DNA of 43,002 nucleotides from a virus (Duplodnaviria > Heunggongvirae > Uroviricota > Caudoviricetes): the IMG/VR virus record IMGVR_UViG_2565956721_000005, one strand, 5' to 3'. Both the position numbers and the translations under genes were made by a program. This document shows, one piece after another, positions 11,085 to 22,010 of the stretch (positions are counted from its first letter, which is position 1; each line of letters starts with the position of its first letter). The notes beneath the pieces are model-generated. The model was not told the origin of the DNA and made no database searches. It worked only from the letters and a program-made list of their open reading frames with translations.

Positions 11085-11529
11085 ATCTCACACCTCCCGG
11101 AATCCCCGCTGAAGCCATCATTAATGCGGCATCATCCACCATGACATCCGCCACATCCGCAGACGATAAAATATCGCGCCCTCCGTCCCCACCGAACCGG
11201 ACGCCTCCGGCAAGTCCTGCCGCTTTCTGCATCAGCATTTTGTCCTCATCCGGCCTCTCCACCTGCTCTTCCTCATGCCGGGGGACAAGCAGACTGAAAT
11301 CAGAGGGATGCATATCCGGATCGCAAAAAAACAGGCTGAGTACAGCGTACGTCAGCCCGGAAAAATGCATATCCAGCTGGGTATCCTGAAAATAATGCGT
11401 GCGGTAAAAACGGTGCCAGTCGGCATATTCGGTGGATGTCATCCCGGCAAGCATGGCGCGCCAGTCGGGTCTCCCCATCTCACGCGCCAGTCTGAGGGCA
11501 AAGTTCAGCTCGCCGTCGAAGACTTTCCC
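11065..11529 (-). CDS. T: T portion of the G-T tail assembly chaperone (expressed by -1 frameshift from G)
   Basis: ORF in -1 frame relative to G begins at slippery heptamer GGGAAAG (plus 11523-11529); lambda-like arrangement. Confidence 0.8.
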   Translation of the reverse strand, partial: GKVFDGELNFALRLAREMGRPDWRAMLAGMTSTEYADWHRFYRTHYFQDTQLDMHFSGLTYAVLSLFFCDPDMHPSDFSLLVPRHEEEQVERPDEDKMLMQKAAGLAGGVRFGGDGGRDILSSADVADVMVDDAALMMASAGIPGGVRYVPAGW

Positions 11530-11936
11530 GCAGAAAAATCATCATCAGTCAGCGTGTTATTTTTCGCCACTTCAGTAATATCAGTATCCGGACGAACAGC
11601 TTCGATCATCCCGGACAGGCACAACACCACGTCTTCCGCCCGGGCAATGGCATCGGCAGGCCAAGTGGTGAGCACTTCCTGCTCTATCTTCATCACGGCC
11701 TCATTCATTGACGGTGACTGCGTTTTCTGTGGATGGTTATGCCACAGGGACATCGCCACCAGAAACGCGCCGGTTCTGACGAGATCTTCCACGCTTACCT
11801 GCAGGTTGCCGCAGGATTCTGCCTGTTCTGCACGCCGTTTCAGGAGGGCAAGATGCTCGATACGCTGCAGCGCAGACAATTCGGAAAGCGTGACAGACAC
11901 ACCGTTATATTCAAATTGTTCTGTTTTCAGAAACAT
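11505..11936 (-). CDS. G: tail assembly chaperone G
   Basis: 143 aa MFLKTEQFEYNGVSVTLSELSALQRIEHLAL... matches lambda G; ends just after the slippery site. Confidence 0.9.
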   Translation of the reverse strand: MFLKTEQFEYNGVSVTLSELSALQRIEHLALLKRRAEQAESCGNLQVSVEDLVRTGAFLVAMSLWHNHPQKTQSPSMNEAVMKIEQEVLTTWPADAIARAEDVVLCLSGMIEAVRPDTDITEVAKNNTLTDDDFSAGKSSTAS

Positions 11937-11949
11937 GTATTACCTCCGT

Positions 11950-12702
11950 TTACCCTGCAGCGCCCGCTTCAGTAACGGTGACTTCAGCCACTGCGGCGAA
12001 CTGACCATTTCCGCTCACCACAGGGATCTGCACCTTACCTGTCGCCACGCCGTTTACCGTAATTGTCATATCTTTCACACTAATGGTGGCTTTCGACGGA
12101 TCGGCGGAAACCGCTCTGAACGTCTTGTCGGTTGCACTTTCCGGCTCAAAAGAAACCGTCAGGGTGGTTGTTTTCCCTTTTGCCACCGTACCGGATGTCG
12201 GCGTCACCTTAATCGCACTGACCGGCGTAATTTTGCTGCGTTCTTCCGCTACAGAAGGTTTACCCACGTTAGTGACTTTCACCGTGCGGGTGATCACTTC
12301 TTTCGCCGTCACGGCCTTACCGATACTGCTGACCCAGCCACGAAACACATCCACCGTGCCATTCGGAAAACGGATTTTATAGGCCCGGACATCGCCGCTT
12401 TCAAACCAGCCTATAAGCCCTTTCTGGCCTTCCTCTCCCGGTTTCCAGGCCAGCGTAAAACTGGTATCACCTGCAGATTTCTGCCCCTGCCCGGTCGCGG
12501 TCCAGTCCGCGTCTTCATCATCCAGGTAGTTATCATCGTAGGATTCTGCCGTCATCTCGCCCGGCGTCAGATCCTTCACCTTAGCCAGTCGCTGCCAGTC
12601 ATCGTCTGACAACGGGTTTGCATAAGCATCACCCTTGCCGTTGTAAACCCACAGAGTGGTACCGGCACCTTTTACCGGCTCAAGGGGATTTGGTGTTGCC
12701 AT
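11950..12702 (-). CDS. V: major tail protein V
   Basis: 250 aa; ...[66 protein letters not shown]... matches lambda V. Confidence 0.9.
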   Translation of the reverse strand: MATPNPLEPVKGAGTTLWVYNGKGDAYANPLSDDDWQRLAKVKDLTPGEMTAESYDDNYLDDEDADWTATGQGQKSAGDTSFTLAWKPGEEGQKGLIGWFESGDVRAYKIRFPNGTVDVFRGWVSSIGKAVTAKEVITRTVKVTNVGKPSVAEERSKITPVSAIKVTPTSGTVAKGKTTTLTVSFEPESATDKTFRAVSADPSKATISVKDMTITVNGVATGKVQIPVVSGNGQFAAVAEVTVTEAGAAG

Positions 12703-12709
12703 ATCGTCC

Positions 12710-13105
12710 TCACATCTCGTATGTAATGGAATAAGTCAGATCTGCAGAACTCCATAACGCCATATCGTCATCACGACGATACTCATAGCCCTGCGTAACC
12801 ATCGTGGTAATCAGTCCTGCCAGTGCCGGGATCGCGGTCATCGCCGGGTAAATCCGGCTTTCCATCCACTGATCAAGCTCTGAATCCGGTACCTGTGCCG
12901 GTAAAAACACCTCAATATGCAGCGTGGCCCGCCAGGTATCTGCATCCAGCTCTTCACCGGTATACTCTGCATCCGTCAGATAAACCGCGATCGCAGGAAA
13001 ATCCTCTTCGTCAAAAACAACGGGGCGACCATCAAACAGCGTCGCCCCGTGTTCATGCTGCTCGAGTGCATCCAGCACTGCGGCACGAATGTCAGTGTGT
13101 TTCAT
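12710..13105 (-). CDS. U: tail terminator protein U
   Basis: 131 aa, lambda U position and length. Confidence 0.8.
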   Translation of the reverse strand: MKHTDIRAAVLDALEQHEHGATLFDGRPVVFDEEDFPAIAVYLTDAEYTGEELDADTWRATLHIEVFLPAQVPDSELDQWMESRIYPAMTAIPALAGLITTMVTQGYEYRRDDDMALWSSADLTYSITYEM

Positions 13106-13635
13106 CGTTTTATTGCAATCCTCAGTTGTTGTTTCAGCGCGTATGCCAGTTCTTTAGGCAGGCGTTCACGCCGGATACGGTCAACATTCTCATCAAATGC
13201 CTGTTTCAGTGGGGCCGCCATCGGGATTTTCACCACATCAATGGGGTAACGGTTTTTCCCGGCCACACGCTGCATGACATGCCAGCGACCATTTTTTAAT
13301 CTCTGAATAAATGCCCGCTGATACCGATGCTGACCGGCTTTAAGTATGCTGTTCGGGCGACGCCCCAGCATCCTGATCCCCAGCTTAATCACAGGGAGAT
13401 CACCGCGGTTAACGATAATTCTGGCATTCGGATTTCTGACCGTCGCCCGTTTCAGTCTGGACCGTTCCTTAACCAGTTTCCGGCGAACCTTTGTCTCCCG
13501 GGCAACCTGTGATGAAGACTGATTAATCGCCGTTGTGGCCACGCGGTTAATGGCCATTGCTGAAGCCGCCGGAATGGCGTTTTTACGAACCCGGCTCAGA
13601 TTGTCAATCGCCTGATCAAGCCCTTTTATCGCCAT
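13102..13635 (-). CDS. Z: tail completion protein Z
   Basis: 177 aa MAIKGLDQAIDNLSRV... similar to lambda Z. Confidence 0.8.
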   Translation of the reverse strand: MAIKGLDQAIDNLSRVRKNAIPAASAMAINRVATTAINQSSSQVARETKVRRKLVKERSRLKRATVRNPNARIIVNRGDLPVIKLGIRMLGRRPNSILKAGQHRYQRAFIQRLKNGRWHVMQRVAGKNRYPIDVVKIPMAAPLKQAFDENVDRIRRERLPKELAYALKQQLRIAIKR

Positions 13636-13650
13636 AATTTCACCCTGCGT

Positions 13651-14004
13651 TTATCGTCGCCGGTTAACTGCGGGTGGTTGACCACGGTTGAGCCAGAGAT
13701 AACAGCTGCCCCCGTCATCCGGAGAAACACGATCCACCCAGAATATCTCACCATTAATGGTCAGCGTGTCACCACGCCGCACGGCACGAACCGTATCCGT
13801 CCGCACAAATAATGACGGGCTGCTTCCTTCAATACGGACCCCGCCACCGGCAAACCCCAGCGACTCCGGATCATCAAAAACCCCCTGAACTTCGCTGCCA
13901 CACTGTGCCCCCGAGGTGAACTGCGCACAGAGCCCCATCACTTCAACGATCGTACTGTCTACCCCGGCGAGGGCAGCATCAAAGGCATTCTGAAAATCAC
14001 GCAT
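13651..14004 (-). CDS. FII: head-tail joining protein FII
   Basis: 117 aa; ...GVFDDPE...GVR.EGSSPSLFVRTD.VR..RRGDTLTI....FWVDRVSPDDGGSC.LWL.RG.PPAVNRRR matches lambda FII. Confidence 0.9.
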   Translation of the reverse strand: MRDFQNAFDAALAGVDSTIVEVMGLCAQFTSGAQCGSEVQGVFDDPESLGFAGGGVRIEGSSPSLFVRTDTVRAVRRGDTLTINGEIFWVDRVSPDDGGSCYLWLNRGQPPAVNRRR

Positions 14005-14380
14005 ATTCAGCCGTTCCGTGCTGTATCATGGCCGTTGCCAGTGATGATGGCACCAGAACACGCATACCCCGTAACGCCAGCTCAACGGGACGACCTGTCT
14101 CCGGGCAATACCCCATTACTTGCAGGCACTTCCGTACCCGGACGGCTTTAACATCATCCGGAGCATCCGTGTTGTTCAACTGCTCACCATCGTCTGTGTG
14201 ATTTTGATCAGCCCCGCTCTCATCAGAGTGCATAATGCCCTCCGGGGAAACAGCAAGCTCCTCTTCCCACTCAGACACACGTTGAGCAATATCCGCAGCA
14301 CTCCCCGACATATCCGCCTCGCGCCCCAGCAGGTCAGCCAGTTGACGAAGACGATTCAGATTTTCTTCTTTTGTTGCCAT
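13997..14380 (-). CDS. FI: head assembly/DNA packaging protein FI (start placed at MATKEEN with AGGAGG RBS)
   Basis: Position between E and FII; strong RBS CACAGGAGGCTGAG before ATG at 14380; acidic protein as for FI. Confidence 0.65.
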   Translation of the reverse strand: MATKEENLNRLRQLADLLGREADMSGSAADIAQRVSEWEEELAVSPEGIMHSDESGADQNHTDDGEQLNNTDAPDDVKAVRVRKCLQVMGYCPETGRPVELALRGMRVLVPSSLATAMIQHGTAEYA

Positions 14381-14431
14381 CTCAGCCTCCTGTGAAAAAA
14401 GACACGGGGGCATTTCGCCCCCGCTCACGGA

Positions 14432-15460
14432 TTATTTCACCTGTACCACCACAAACTCATCCGGATCCGGCAGCACCATCAGCGGAGCGGACTGCGTCAT
14501 GGTGAATTCACAGGACGGATCGCCCACGGTCAGCCAGTGTTTCGGGTAACGGGAAGAAGCCACCACTCCTTCAGACAACGCCTGTGCATCCTTAATGGCA
14601 CCATAGCAACGAATCCCCTCTGCCGCCGTATTCCCCAACACCAGCATGCCCTCCGGCAGATAACGTTTTTCGGTACCGTCCTCTGCCACATAAGACGTTT
14701 TCGCCACCACAATGGCCAGATCGCCGTAATACCCCTTGAAGGACACCACTGCGCCCAGATCTTTCACTGCCGTTTCGAGTTGAGAATTTGAACCGCGACG
14801 GGTATCCAGTTTTTCGCGGAACAGCTTAAAACCATTCAGAAGACGCCAGACGGTACCGTCCATAATGGCAATATTCACAAGACCGCTGGCCAGGTCGCAG
14901 TAGAGGTCAATATCATGTGTAGGATCGAACGTGTCACGATCCTGTTTTGACCACTCCTTACCACTACCCTGAGTGATGTTATTCTTCGTCGACCTGCCAA
15001 AATCGACCTCAATTTTCTCGAACTGGTCTCCTTCCATGGTGTATTTGCCATACAGCACGGCATTCACCGCCTGCATTTCTTCCACCTGGACAATGGCGTG
15101 CTCTTCCTGTTTGAGGTTATCGGTAATGATACGCAGACGACGGTAGGCCGGGTCGTTCAGCTGAGCCGGATCTTCACCAGGAAGGCGCTCAACCGCCTGC
15201 TGGTAATTAAATTCGTGTTTCGGCTTGACGTAGCCCGGACGTAACACGCGGGTTTCACCACCGCGATGGCGAAGCACTTTTCCTTCAACGATCGGGGAGA
15301 CATAGGCCGCCACCGGCGTTTTTCCGGTAATTTTGTCCAGCATCACCTCTTCGGTGTGGAAATTCACCGTACGGCGGAAAAACAGCTCCAGAAACAGCGC
15401 ACGGAATTTCACTTTTTGTTCGGTATAACCGAGTAACTGGCGGGTCGTAAACAATCCCAT
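14432..15460 (-). CDS. E: major capsid protein E
   Basis: 342 aa; ...YVSPIV.G.V.R.RGG......PGYVKPKHE... ...KLDTRRGSNS.LETAVKDLG..VS.KG.YGD.AIVV... matches lambda E. Confidence 0.9.
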   Translation of the reverse strand: MGLFTTRQLLGYTEQKVKFRALFLELFFRRTVNFHTEEVMLDKITGKTPVAAYVSPIVEGKVLRHRGGETRVLRPGYVKPKHEFNYQQAVERLPGEDPAQLNDPAYRRLRIITDNLKQEEHAIVQVEEMQAVNAVLYGKYTMEGDQFEKIEVDFGRSTKNNITQGSGKEWSKQDRDTFDPTHDIDLYCDLASGLVNIAIMDGTVWRLLNGFKLFREKLDTRRGSNSQLETAVKDLGAVVSFKGYYGDLAIVVAKTSYVAEDGTEKRYLPEGMLVLGNTAAEGIRCYGAIKDAQALSEGVVASSRYPKHWLTVGDPSCEFTMTQSAPLMVLPDPDEFVVVQVK

Positions 15461-15517
15461 AAATCAGTTCCTTTCATTCAGAAATCAGTCAGGTCACCAT
15501 GGTGGCCTGATAACGTG

Positions 15518-15865
15518 TTACGGCAGAGCCGCGTGACTCAGGGCTGTGCCGGCAAAGGCATTTGCCTTTTTGTGTTCATCCACACTGTCAGGCCAGCGGA
15601 TTGCCTCCGTCGCAAAGGTCCCCGACTTGTAATAGGTCAGCACCGTCTCTGTGCCTTCAAGCGGCAGTACCAGTATGCCAACCGCACTACCGGCTTTCTG
15701 TCCATCCCAGACCACCAGTTTCCCGGTGGCTTCATCCAGCATCAGGGGCGTCAGAGCCGGTGTTGCAGAAGAAATCCCGCTGCTGCCTGTGGCGGTATGA
15801 GCCGGATCATTACCGGCAAAAATACGTACTTCCGCACGCTGTTCAGTGATGGTTTTCGTCACCAT
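15518..15865 (-). CDS. D: head decoration protein D
   Basis: 115 aa; ...DPAHTAT...PLMLD...KLV.WDG...AVGIL... matches lambda D. Confidence 0.85.
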   Translation of the reverse strand: MVTKTITEQRAEVRIFAGNDPAHTATGSSGISSATPALTPLMLDEATGKLVVWDGQKAGSAVGILVLPLEGTETVLTYYKSGTFATEAIRWPDSVDEHKKANAFAGTALSHAALP

Positions 15866-15901
15866 TTTGTTAAAACCTCATATTGATGGTCAGCACTGAC
15901 T

Positions 15902-17407
15902 TCATGGCATGGCCATGAGCATTTTCACGTCCGCATCACCGTCTGCTGACGTCTGTGACACGCCACCCCGCACCGCTGCCGGTGAATGATTCGCCATGAA
16001 ATGTTCAAACAGGGCGGTTGTGGATGCAGAGACCGGTTCGGCCTTACCTGATCCCGCAGCCAGCACAGCCCGGGCGTTCTCCACGGTCATTCCCGGGCAG
16101 GCCGCCAGTTTTTCAGCCTGCGCTTCTGCCCCTTTTGCCTCATCCAGGGCCATGATCTGATCACGAAGCGAGGGCCCGGCATCCGCCAGTGGTGCAGCCG
16201 CCAGGATCGGGCGGGCTTTTTCCACCGTCATCTCCGGCATCGCCGCCAGCGTTGCCGCCAGTTGTTCACGACCGTTCGCTTCTTCACACGCCATAATGCG
16301 ATCGGCTTCACTCTGCGCGGATGCCACCGGCTGCTGCGGTGCCGCCGCGGCCAGAATCGCCCGGGCCTGTTCAACGCTCATGCCCTGTTGCCCTGCCAGC
16401 ATCGTGGCAAGCTGTTCACGTCCTTTCGCTTCCTGGCATGTCAGGATCCCCATCACTCGCTGGTTCTCCTGCACGGCGGCTTCCGTTGCAGTTAATTGCG
16501 GCATAGTGCCTCCTCTGACATTACTGTTCAGCGCCGTGGCCATCACACTGATGGCATCCGACGCATTGATTAATTCATCCGCCAGCCCGGCCTCAATGCC
16601 GGACTGACCTTCAAAAACGGCAGCCTCTGTTCCCGTGACGGCATCAACAGACAGACCGGTATACATCGCCACTTTTTCGGCAAACATCCGGCGCGCCGCA
16701 TCAATCCGCTGCTGCATGTCCTGGCGAACCTCTGCCGGCAACGCTTCAAACTGATTGCCATCCACCTTGTGCGCCCCTGAGTAAATCAGCGTGATATCCA
16801 CACCGGCCTGCGCCAGATGACCGGCATAGCTGACATGGCTCATCATCACGCCAATGGAACCGATACGGGATGTCTGGGTAACCAGCCGTCGGGAGCAGGC
16901 CGACGCCAGCAGCATGGCCGCAGAACAGGCCGTGTCATTACACAGTGCCCAGACCGGCTTCTGCTGCCGGAGGCGGTAAATCATGTCAGCGCAGTCAAAC
17001 GCGCCGGCGGCCTGCCCGCCCGGACTGTCAATGTCCAGCAGTATGCCCCGCACCTGGCTATCTGCCATTGCCTGCTGAAGACAGGCGACAATGCCGTCAT
17101 AGCCAGTCATTCCGGAAAATGGCCGCATCCCCCCCAGCCGGTGCACCAGCGTGCCGGTCACCGGCAGTACCGCAATACCGTTCACCACCCGGTAAACACG
17201 GGCCGGTCGTTTACCTCCGGCCATGTACTCGTCCGTTTCAGCCAGCATCCCGGGAGCATCAAGCTGTACCTGCTGTTGCGGTACCGAAAGACTTGCTGCC
17301 CCCATCTCGCGCCCCAGCGCGCAAAAGAAAACCCGCGCATAGGCGGGCTCCAGAAGCAGCGGTTCATTGAATGCTGCTGCAATAATGTGTGAAAGATTAC
17401 GTCTCAC
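15902..17407 (-). CDS. C: prohead protease C (S49/ClpP-like) with nested scaffold Nu3 region
   Basis: 501 aa; lambda-C-like N-terminal protease region; C-terminal triplicated QEAKGREQLA...MTVE.AR.ILAA repeat. Confidence 0.85.
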   Translation of the reverse strand: MRRNLSHIIAAAFNEPLLLEPAYARVFFCALGREMGAASLSVPQQQVQLDAPGMLAETDEYMAGGKRPARVYRVVNGIAVLPVTGTLVHRLGGMRPFSGMTGYDGIVACLQQAMADSQVRGILLDIDSPGGQAAGAFDCADMIYRLRQQKPVWALCNDTACSAAMLLASACSRRLVTQTSRIGSIGVMMSHVSYAGHLAQAGVDITLIYSGAHKVDGNQFEALPAEVRQDMQQRIDAARRMFAEKVAMYTGLSVDAVTGTEAAVFEGQSGIEAGLADELINASDAISVMATALNSNVRGGTMPQLTATEAAVQENQRVMGILTCQEAKGREQLATMLAGQQGMSVEQARAILAAAAPQQPVASAQSEADRIMACEEANGREQLAATLAAMPEMTVEKARPILAAAPLADAGPSLRDQIMALDEAKGAEAQAEKLAACPGMTVENARAVLAAGSGKAEPVSASTTALFEHFMANHSPAAVRGGVSQTSADGDADVKMLMAMP

Positions 17408-18989
17408 GTGGTGTTGTCTCCTCTTCCGGCCTGCGACTCTCCGCTATCTGCTGCTGATACGCCTGCGCTATCCACACCGGACGTGAGAGTCCGGCTTTTT
17501 CCCGCTCTGCAGATTCCCTGACCTGCTGGCGGAAAATGTCCTGATAATCCTCGCCCATCAGCGCCAGCTCTTTCTCATACGTGCTCAGTCCGGCCTCAAT
17601 GCGCATCACTGATTCCTGAACCTCCTTGAGCCCGTCAATGGCCATTCTTCCGGCTCCAATCCACTCAGCCCGTGACCAGGCTGATCGCGCCTGATAAAAA
17701 TCAAACCGTGCCCGTGGCGGACGAATAATCCCCCGAAGAAGTGCCTCTTCCAGCCAGCAGGAAAACATCTGCGTGGCCAGCCGGGACGCAATAAATTTTC
17801 GCCGCCCCATAAAATAGCGCCACGACTCATTGGCGGATGCGCGGGCACTTGAGTAACTGACCTTCGAGTAATCACGGGACAACTGTTCGTAGGAAACGCC
17901 AAGACCGGCGGCGATATACCGCAGCAGCGCCTGTTCAAGCGCCGAAAATCCATTGTCTGAATCCTGCGCGGTCTGAAGTTTCAGATCATCACCGGGGAAA
18001 AGGTGCGGAATTTTGACACCGCCCAGCGTCACGCTATTCGTGTCATACCAGGTGGAGAACTTATCCAGAATATTAATAAGCGGATTATCCTTCTGCCCCT
18101 GCGGCGCACCGGCGATATATTCAAAGGCCTTTTCGGTATCAAGGTCACTTTCAATCGTCGCTGCATACATCGCCTTCACTATGGCCGACTGAAGCTGTGT
18201 TGCCTGCAGGGAATCCAGCATCTTCAGCCGTTCCATAACGCTGTAAAACTGATTGGCTCCACGGGTCTGCCCGTCCTCCACCGGCTCGAAAATATGCAGC
18301 ATGGCCGGACGCCCGGTGGGAAGTTCACGCGGGATCCGTTCCCATCGTCCACTCCCGGAGCGAGGAAAATCATCCTCACAGATATGGTACGCAACGGCAC
18401 GGCCATATCGATCAACCTCCACACCGGCCCGCAGAAAACGGTTCCCGATACCGTGTCCTGGCGTGTCCACCCGTTTCGGACTCACGGCTTTAAAACGCGT
18501 ACGAAACAGTTGCGTACTCTCCGTATCCCAGACCGGCTGCACAAAGATTTCGCCGTTAAACGCATGAACGCCCACACCTTCACGGATAAATTCCGTAAAC
18601 GTGCGTTTCCCTTCCACGTCGATCTCACCAAACATCCCTTCTGCGTATTCTGACCAGGCCGCCTCCACCTCATCGACAAAACTTTTTGCCGCGGTCTCCC
18701 GCATCCCCAGCCAGCGCCAGTTCGGACGGTAGCTAATCAGAAACATATGCCCGACAATGTGATCCTTATGCAGGGCCACCGCATTGGCCGCTATTCCGTT
18801 ATTGCGCACCAGATCATCTGCACGGGCATTCCCCAGACGCAACGCGGGCAGCAGGGCCGCATCGGCACTCTGCGAGGGTGGCAACCACTCTGCCATTTGC
18901 CCGCCAAATCCTGCACCGCCACCGGTGTAGCTGAGGCTCTCCCGAAGCGGAACGCCGTTCACATCAATCAGGACAGGCGTTCGTTTCAT
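17397..18989 (-). CDS. B: portal protein B
   Basis: 530 aa, lambda B position and length; overlaps C start. Confidence 0.85.
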   Translation of the reverse strand: MKRTPVLIDVNGVPLRESLSYTGGGAGFGGQMAEWLPPSQSADAALLPALRLGNARADDLVRNNGIAANAVALHKDHIVGHMFLISYRPNWRWLGMRETAAKSFVDEVEAAWSEYAEGMFGEIDVEGKRTFTEFIREGVGVHAFNGEIFVQPVWDTESTQLFRTRFKAVSPKRVDTPGHGIGNRFLRAGVEVDRYGRAVAYHICEDDFPRSGSGRWERIPRELPTGRPAMLHIFEPVEDGQTRGANQFYSVMERLKMLDSLQATQLQSAIVKAMYAATIESDLDTEKAFEYIAGAPQGQKDNPLINILDKFSTWYDTNSVTLGGVKIPHLFPGDDLKLQTAQDSDNGFSALEQALLRYIAAGLGVSYEQLSRDYSKVSYSSARASANESWRYFMGRRKFIASRLATQMFSCWLEEALLRGIIRPPRARFDFYQARSAWSRAEWIGAGRMAIDGLKEVQESVMRIEAGLSTYEKELALMGEDYQDIFRQQVRESAEREKAGLSRPVWIAQAYQQQIAESRRPEEETTPRET

Positions 18990-19192
18990 AACCTCACTCC
19001 CAGCGGACGACGGCGACGGCGGGTTGTCCCCAGTACCGACTCCGCATCATTGATCGCCCGGTTAAGCTCATCCAGAGAAGCTGCCGTATATTCAATTCTG
19101 CGACCATCTTTCTGGACAGACACCACCCGTTTACCGGTTAATAAATCAAGGCGCGCCTGACGCAGCGCCTGCAGTTCAGCGACTGTAACCAT
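18986..19192 (-). CDS. W: head-tail connector protein W
   Basis: 68 aa ...LLTGKRVVSVQKDGRRIEYTAASLDEL... matches lambda W. Confidence 0.85.
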   Translation of the reverse strand: MVTVAELQALRQARLDLLTGKRVVSVQKDGRRIEYTAASLDELNRAINDAESVLGTTRRRRRPLGVRL

Positions 19193-21104
19193 TCACTCCT
19201 CCGGACAGCTTCGCTGCCAGTTCTTTAAGGGTTGGCCGGGTCGTCTCTTCTTCCCGGGATTTTGCCAGTACAGCCAGATCAAGCTGCCAGCGTTGCACGG
19301 ACACACGTAATGCCGCGTAGGCATACACCAGGCAGTCCAGCGCTTCGTTACGCCGCTTTTTGTTATCCCACAGCAGACGCATCTTTCCTTTTTCCCACTT
19401 CTCCACAAGCTCTTCCGCCACCAGTTGCTGCGCCTCTGTCTGCGAAAAAATCTCCGGATCATCAGGAAAACGGATGGCATACGACGTGGCTTCATCCGCA
19501 GGCGTGGGATCGGCTTTCATACGGGCATAGAGAATTTCTTTTGCGGTGTCCGTCCCCACTTCGCACAGATACACGCCCCGCTGATTGCGGGTTTTTGGCA
19601 TGGTGATCACCGGCTTGCCATAAACAGATGCACCTTTTACCGGCAGCACCCGGAAAACACCGTGTTTTTTTGACCTCTGATAGACAATTTCGCCATCGAT
19701 CCCCCCGGTGTCCCAGCAGACACGGGAAATGGTCATTTCGGTTCCGTCTGCATGGCGGTATTTTTTGTTGATCGCCACATCCACACGTAACAGCGTCTCG
19801 TCCTCATCGGGACGCCCCATAATGATGATTTTATCCACCAGAAAGGCTTCCTCTCCCGGAGCCCATCCCCAGACATACATCTCAAAACGGTTTCGCTGCG
19901 AGTCAATGCCCGCCGTCAGATAAACCACCCGGGAAGGCACCGCAGCCGTGTAACGCACAACCTTATCCATCAGCACCTGGTGATCGAGTTTTTCGCCCAC
20001 GGCCTCTTCCCAGGTCTCGCCCAGCGTGGTGTTCACAAAGGTTTTCAGGCCGTTGGGATCTTTCAGTGCATCCAGCCAGTCATAGACAATCTGTACCCAG
20101 GTGGTGAACGGACTGTACGCCGTCCAGATATGGAATGTGATGGAGCGCGGCGGCGGAATTTCATTATCCGCGGCGCTGAAAAATGTCAGACCGTCACGAG
20201 TCCACATGCCCGTGTTTTCACAGATCCACCGCCCGTTACTCTGGTCAAGCTCAGACTGATGGATCACACAGCCATGATGCTCACAAAGGTAGAAAACACT
20301 TTCTGGCTTATTCTTCTCCCACTTAAGACCGAAAGGCGAGGCATCATCGCCAAATTTCAGATACTGCTCCTCCCCACAGTGCGGACAGGGCACATAAAAA
20401 CGCATGAAATGTGCCGACTCGTTAGCGGCTTTTTCGATCTGGCAGGAGCCTTTGATTTTAGGCGTCGAGCCGCGAATGGATTTTGGCCATACAGAGCCCT
20501 CAATACGTTTATCCCCCAGCAGGGTTGGCGAACCCTCTTTTTCAACATCCGGTTCGAACGAGGAAAGCTCGTCATAACAAACCACATCCACGGATTTTTC
20601 ACGGTAGTTTTTTGCTGCCGCTCCCCCCAGACACCAGAAACCCACACCGGAGGAAAAACGCTTCAGGGTGAGCGTATTATCGCGGTGTTTTCTTCCGAAC
20701 CATGGAGCCAGCTCCAGCAATGCAGGAACATCCCTTATCGTTGGCTCAACATGAGATTTCATAAAATCTTCAGCAGCTGAGTCCGTGGGCTGAAAAAGAA
20801 GGCTGTTGCGTGATTTATGCTCAATAAAATAAGCCTCCACTCCCAGCAACATCTTTGTATAACCAACACGGGCAGATTTAATCAGGTTAACAGTGCGAAT
20901 CAAATCGTTGCCCATACAGTTCATGATGCCAACCTGAAACGGCAGTGTTTCCCACCGCCCCGGGGTATAAGACGACTCTTTAGGAAGGTAATAATGTTTA
21001 TTGGCCCACTGAACTGTCGTCAGTGGAACAGGAATAATGAGAGATAAAAGCCCTGTAGCTATCGCACCGGCTGCATTAGCTGCCTTCTGTGCGTCTGAAA
21101 TCAT
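19176..21104 (-). CDS. A: terminase large subunit A (start placed at MISDAQK, overlapping Nu1 end)
   Basis: Extensive match to recalled lambda gpA (…[17 protein letters not shown]… …[14 protein letters not shown]… …[11 protein letters not shown]…). Confidence 0.9.
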   Translation of the reverse strand: MISDAQKAANAAGAIATGLLSLIIPVPLTTVQWANKHYYLPKESSYTPGRWETLPFQVGIMNCMGNDLIRTVNLIKSARVGYTKMLLGVEAYFIEHKSRNSLLFQPTDSAAEDFMKSHVEPTIRDVPALLELAPWFGRKHRDNTLTLKRFSSGVGFWCLGGAAAKNYREKSVDVVCYDELSSFEPDVEKEGSPTLLGDKRIEGSVWPKSIRGSTPKIKGSCQIEKAANESAHFMRFYVPCPHCGEEQYLKFGDDASPFGLKWEKNKPESVFYLCEHHGCVIHQSELDQSNGRWICENTGMWTRDGLTFFSAADNEIPPPRSITFHIWTAYSPFTTWVQIVYDWLDALKDPNGLKTFVNTTLGETWEEAVGEKLDHQVLMDKVVRYTAAVPSRVVYLTAGIDSQRNRFEMYVWGWAPGEEAFLVDKIIIMGRPDEDETLLRVDVAINKKYRHADGTEMTISRVCWDTGGIDGEIVYQRSKKHGVFRVLPVKGASVYGKPVITMPKTRNQRGVYLCEVGTDTAKEILYARMKADPTPADEATSYAIRFPDDPEIFSQTEAQQLVAEELVEKWEKGKMRLLWDNKKRRNEALDCLVYAYAALRVSVQRWQLDLAVLAKSREEETTRPTLKELAAKLSGGVNGYSR

Positions 21105-21624
21105 CGATCCACCCGCCCACGTTTTCACCGGCCTTAGCTGCAACATTGGAGGCTTTCGCGATTTCAGTTTTCACCACATCAAGGTGTGATGGTGAAATGT
21201 CCGGATATTTACGCTGTAATGTCAACGGCACACGCACAAGTATCCCCGAAATCTCCTGTGCCACACGTTGCAGAATGAAGGTAAACAGTTCAGTTTCCAG
21301 CACCACTCCGTCTTCACGGGCATTTTTCAGTTCCTGCGCATCTGCCTGCGCTTTTGTGAGCCGGTAGCGTTCATAGTCAATGGTGCCGGGTTGTAAATCT
21401 GACTCCGCTGCCGCACGCAAATCGGCCAGTTCTTTGCGGAGCTTTTCGTTTTCGATATCAGTTTCCCTCTGCGCATACCACTGAATTGCCATGGCAGTAT
21501 CAAATACAGATTCAATGCCCTTACTGCCTTTGGAGACGCAAGGGAGCCCCTGAGACTGCCAGCGTTCAATCGTCCGCGGGTCCACGTTAAAAATTTCGGC
21601 AAGCCTCTTTTTATTAACCTTCAT
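21076..21624 (-). CDS. nu1: terminase small subunit Nu1 (start at [12 protein letters not shown])
   Basis: ...VNKK.LA.IF......TI..WQ.QG.P... ...[26 protein letters not shown]... matches lambda Nu1. Confidence 0.9.
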   Translation of the reverse strand: MKVNKKRLAEIFNVDPRTIERWQSQGLPCVSKGSKGIESVFDTAMAIQWYAQRETDIENEKLRKELADLRAAAESDLQPGTIDYERYRLTKAQADAQELKNAREDGVVLETELFTFILQRVAQEISGILVRVPLTLQRKYPDISPSHLDVVKTEIAKASNVAAKAGENVGGWIDDFRRTEGS

Positions 21625-21699
21625 AGAACAACCCATTATCAAATACAAGGCCCGACATGAAAACGCCAGAAAAAGGCATTTTCGGACACTTTCATGTCG

Positions 21700-21840
21700 G
21701 ACATTTATGAATGCAATATTAAAAAAAACAAAAAGTTATATTCGAGAAGTACCGACACGATTTTCCCTGAAAAATTTTCATAAATAGTGAAAAACCGCGA
21801 GGTCGCCGCCCCGTAACCTGTCGGATCACCGGAAAGGACC
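21700..21840 (-). other. cos site: cosN 12-nt cohesive end (plus 21800-21811) with cosB on the Nu1 side and cosQ-like sequence on the other
   Basis: Minus strand reads ACGGGTCCTTTCCGGTGATCCGACAGGTTACG GGGCGGCGACCT CGCGGTTTTTCACTATTTATGAAAA, matching the recalled lambda cos. Confidence 0.9.
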
Positions 21841-22010
21841 CGTAAAGCGATAATGATTATCATCTACATATCACAACGTGCGTGGAGGCCATCAAACCAC
21901 GTCAAATAATCAATTATGACGCAGGTATCGTATTAATTGATCTGCATCAACCTAACGTAAAAACAACTTCAGACAATACAAATCAGCGACACTGAATACA
22001 GGGCAACCTC

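Noticed and set aside
11275-12609. 444-aa plus-strand ORF
   Set aside because: Antisense to T, G and V; a long open antisense frame in GC-rich phage DNA, not a gene.
16817-17392. 191-aa and 141-aa plus-strand ORFs
   Set aside because: Antisense to the protease gene C; Arg/Pro-rich artefacts.
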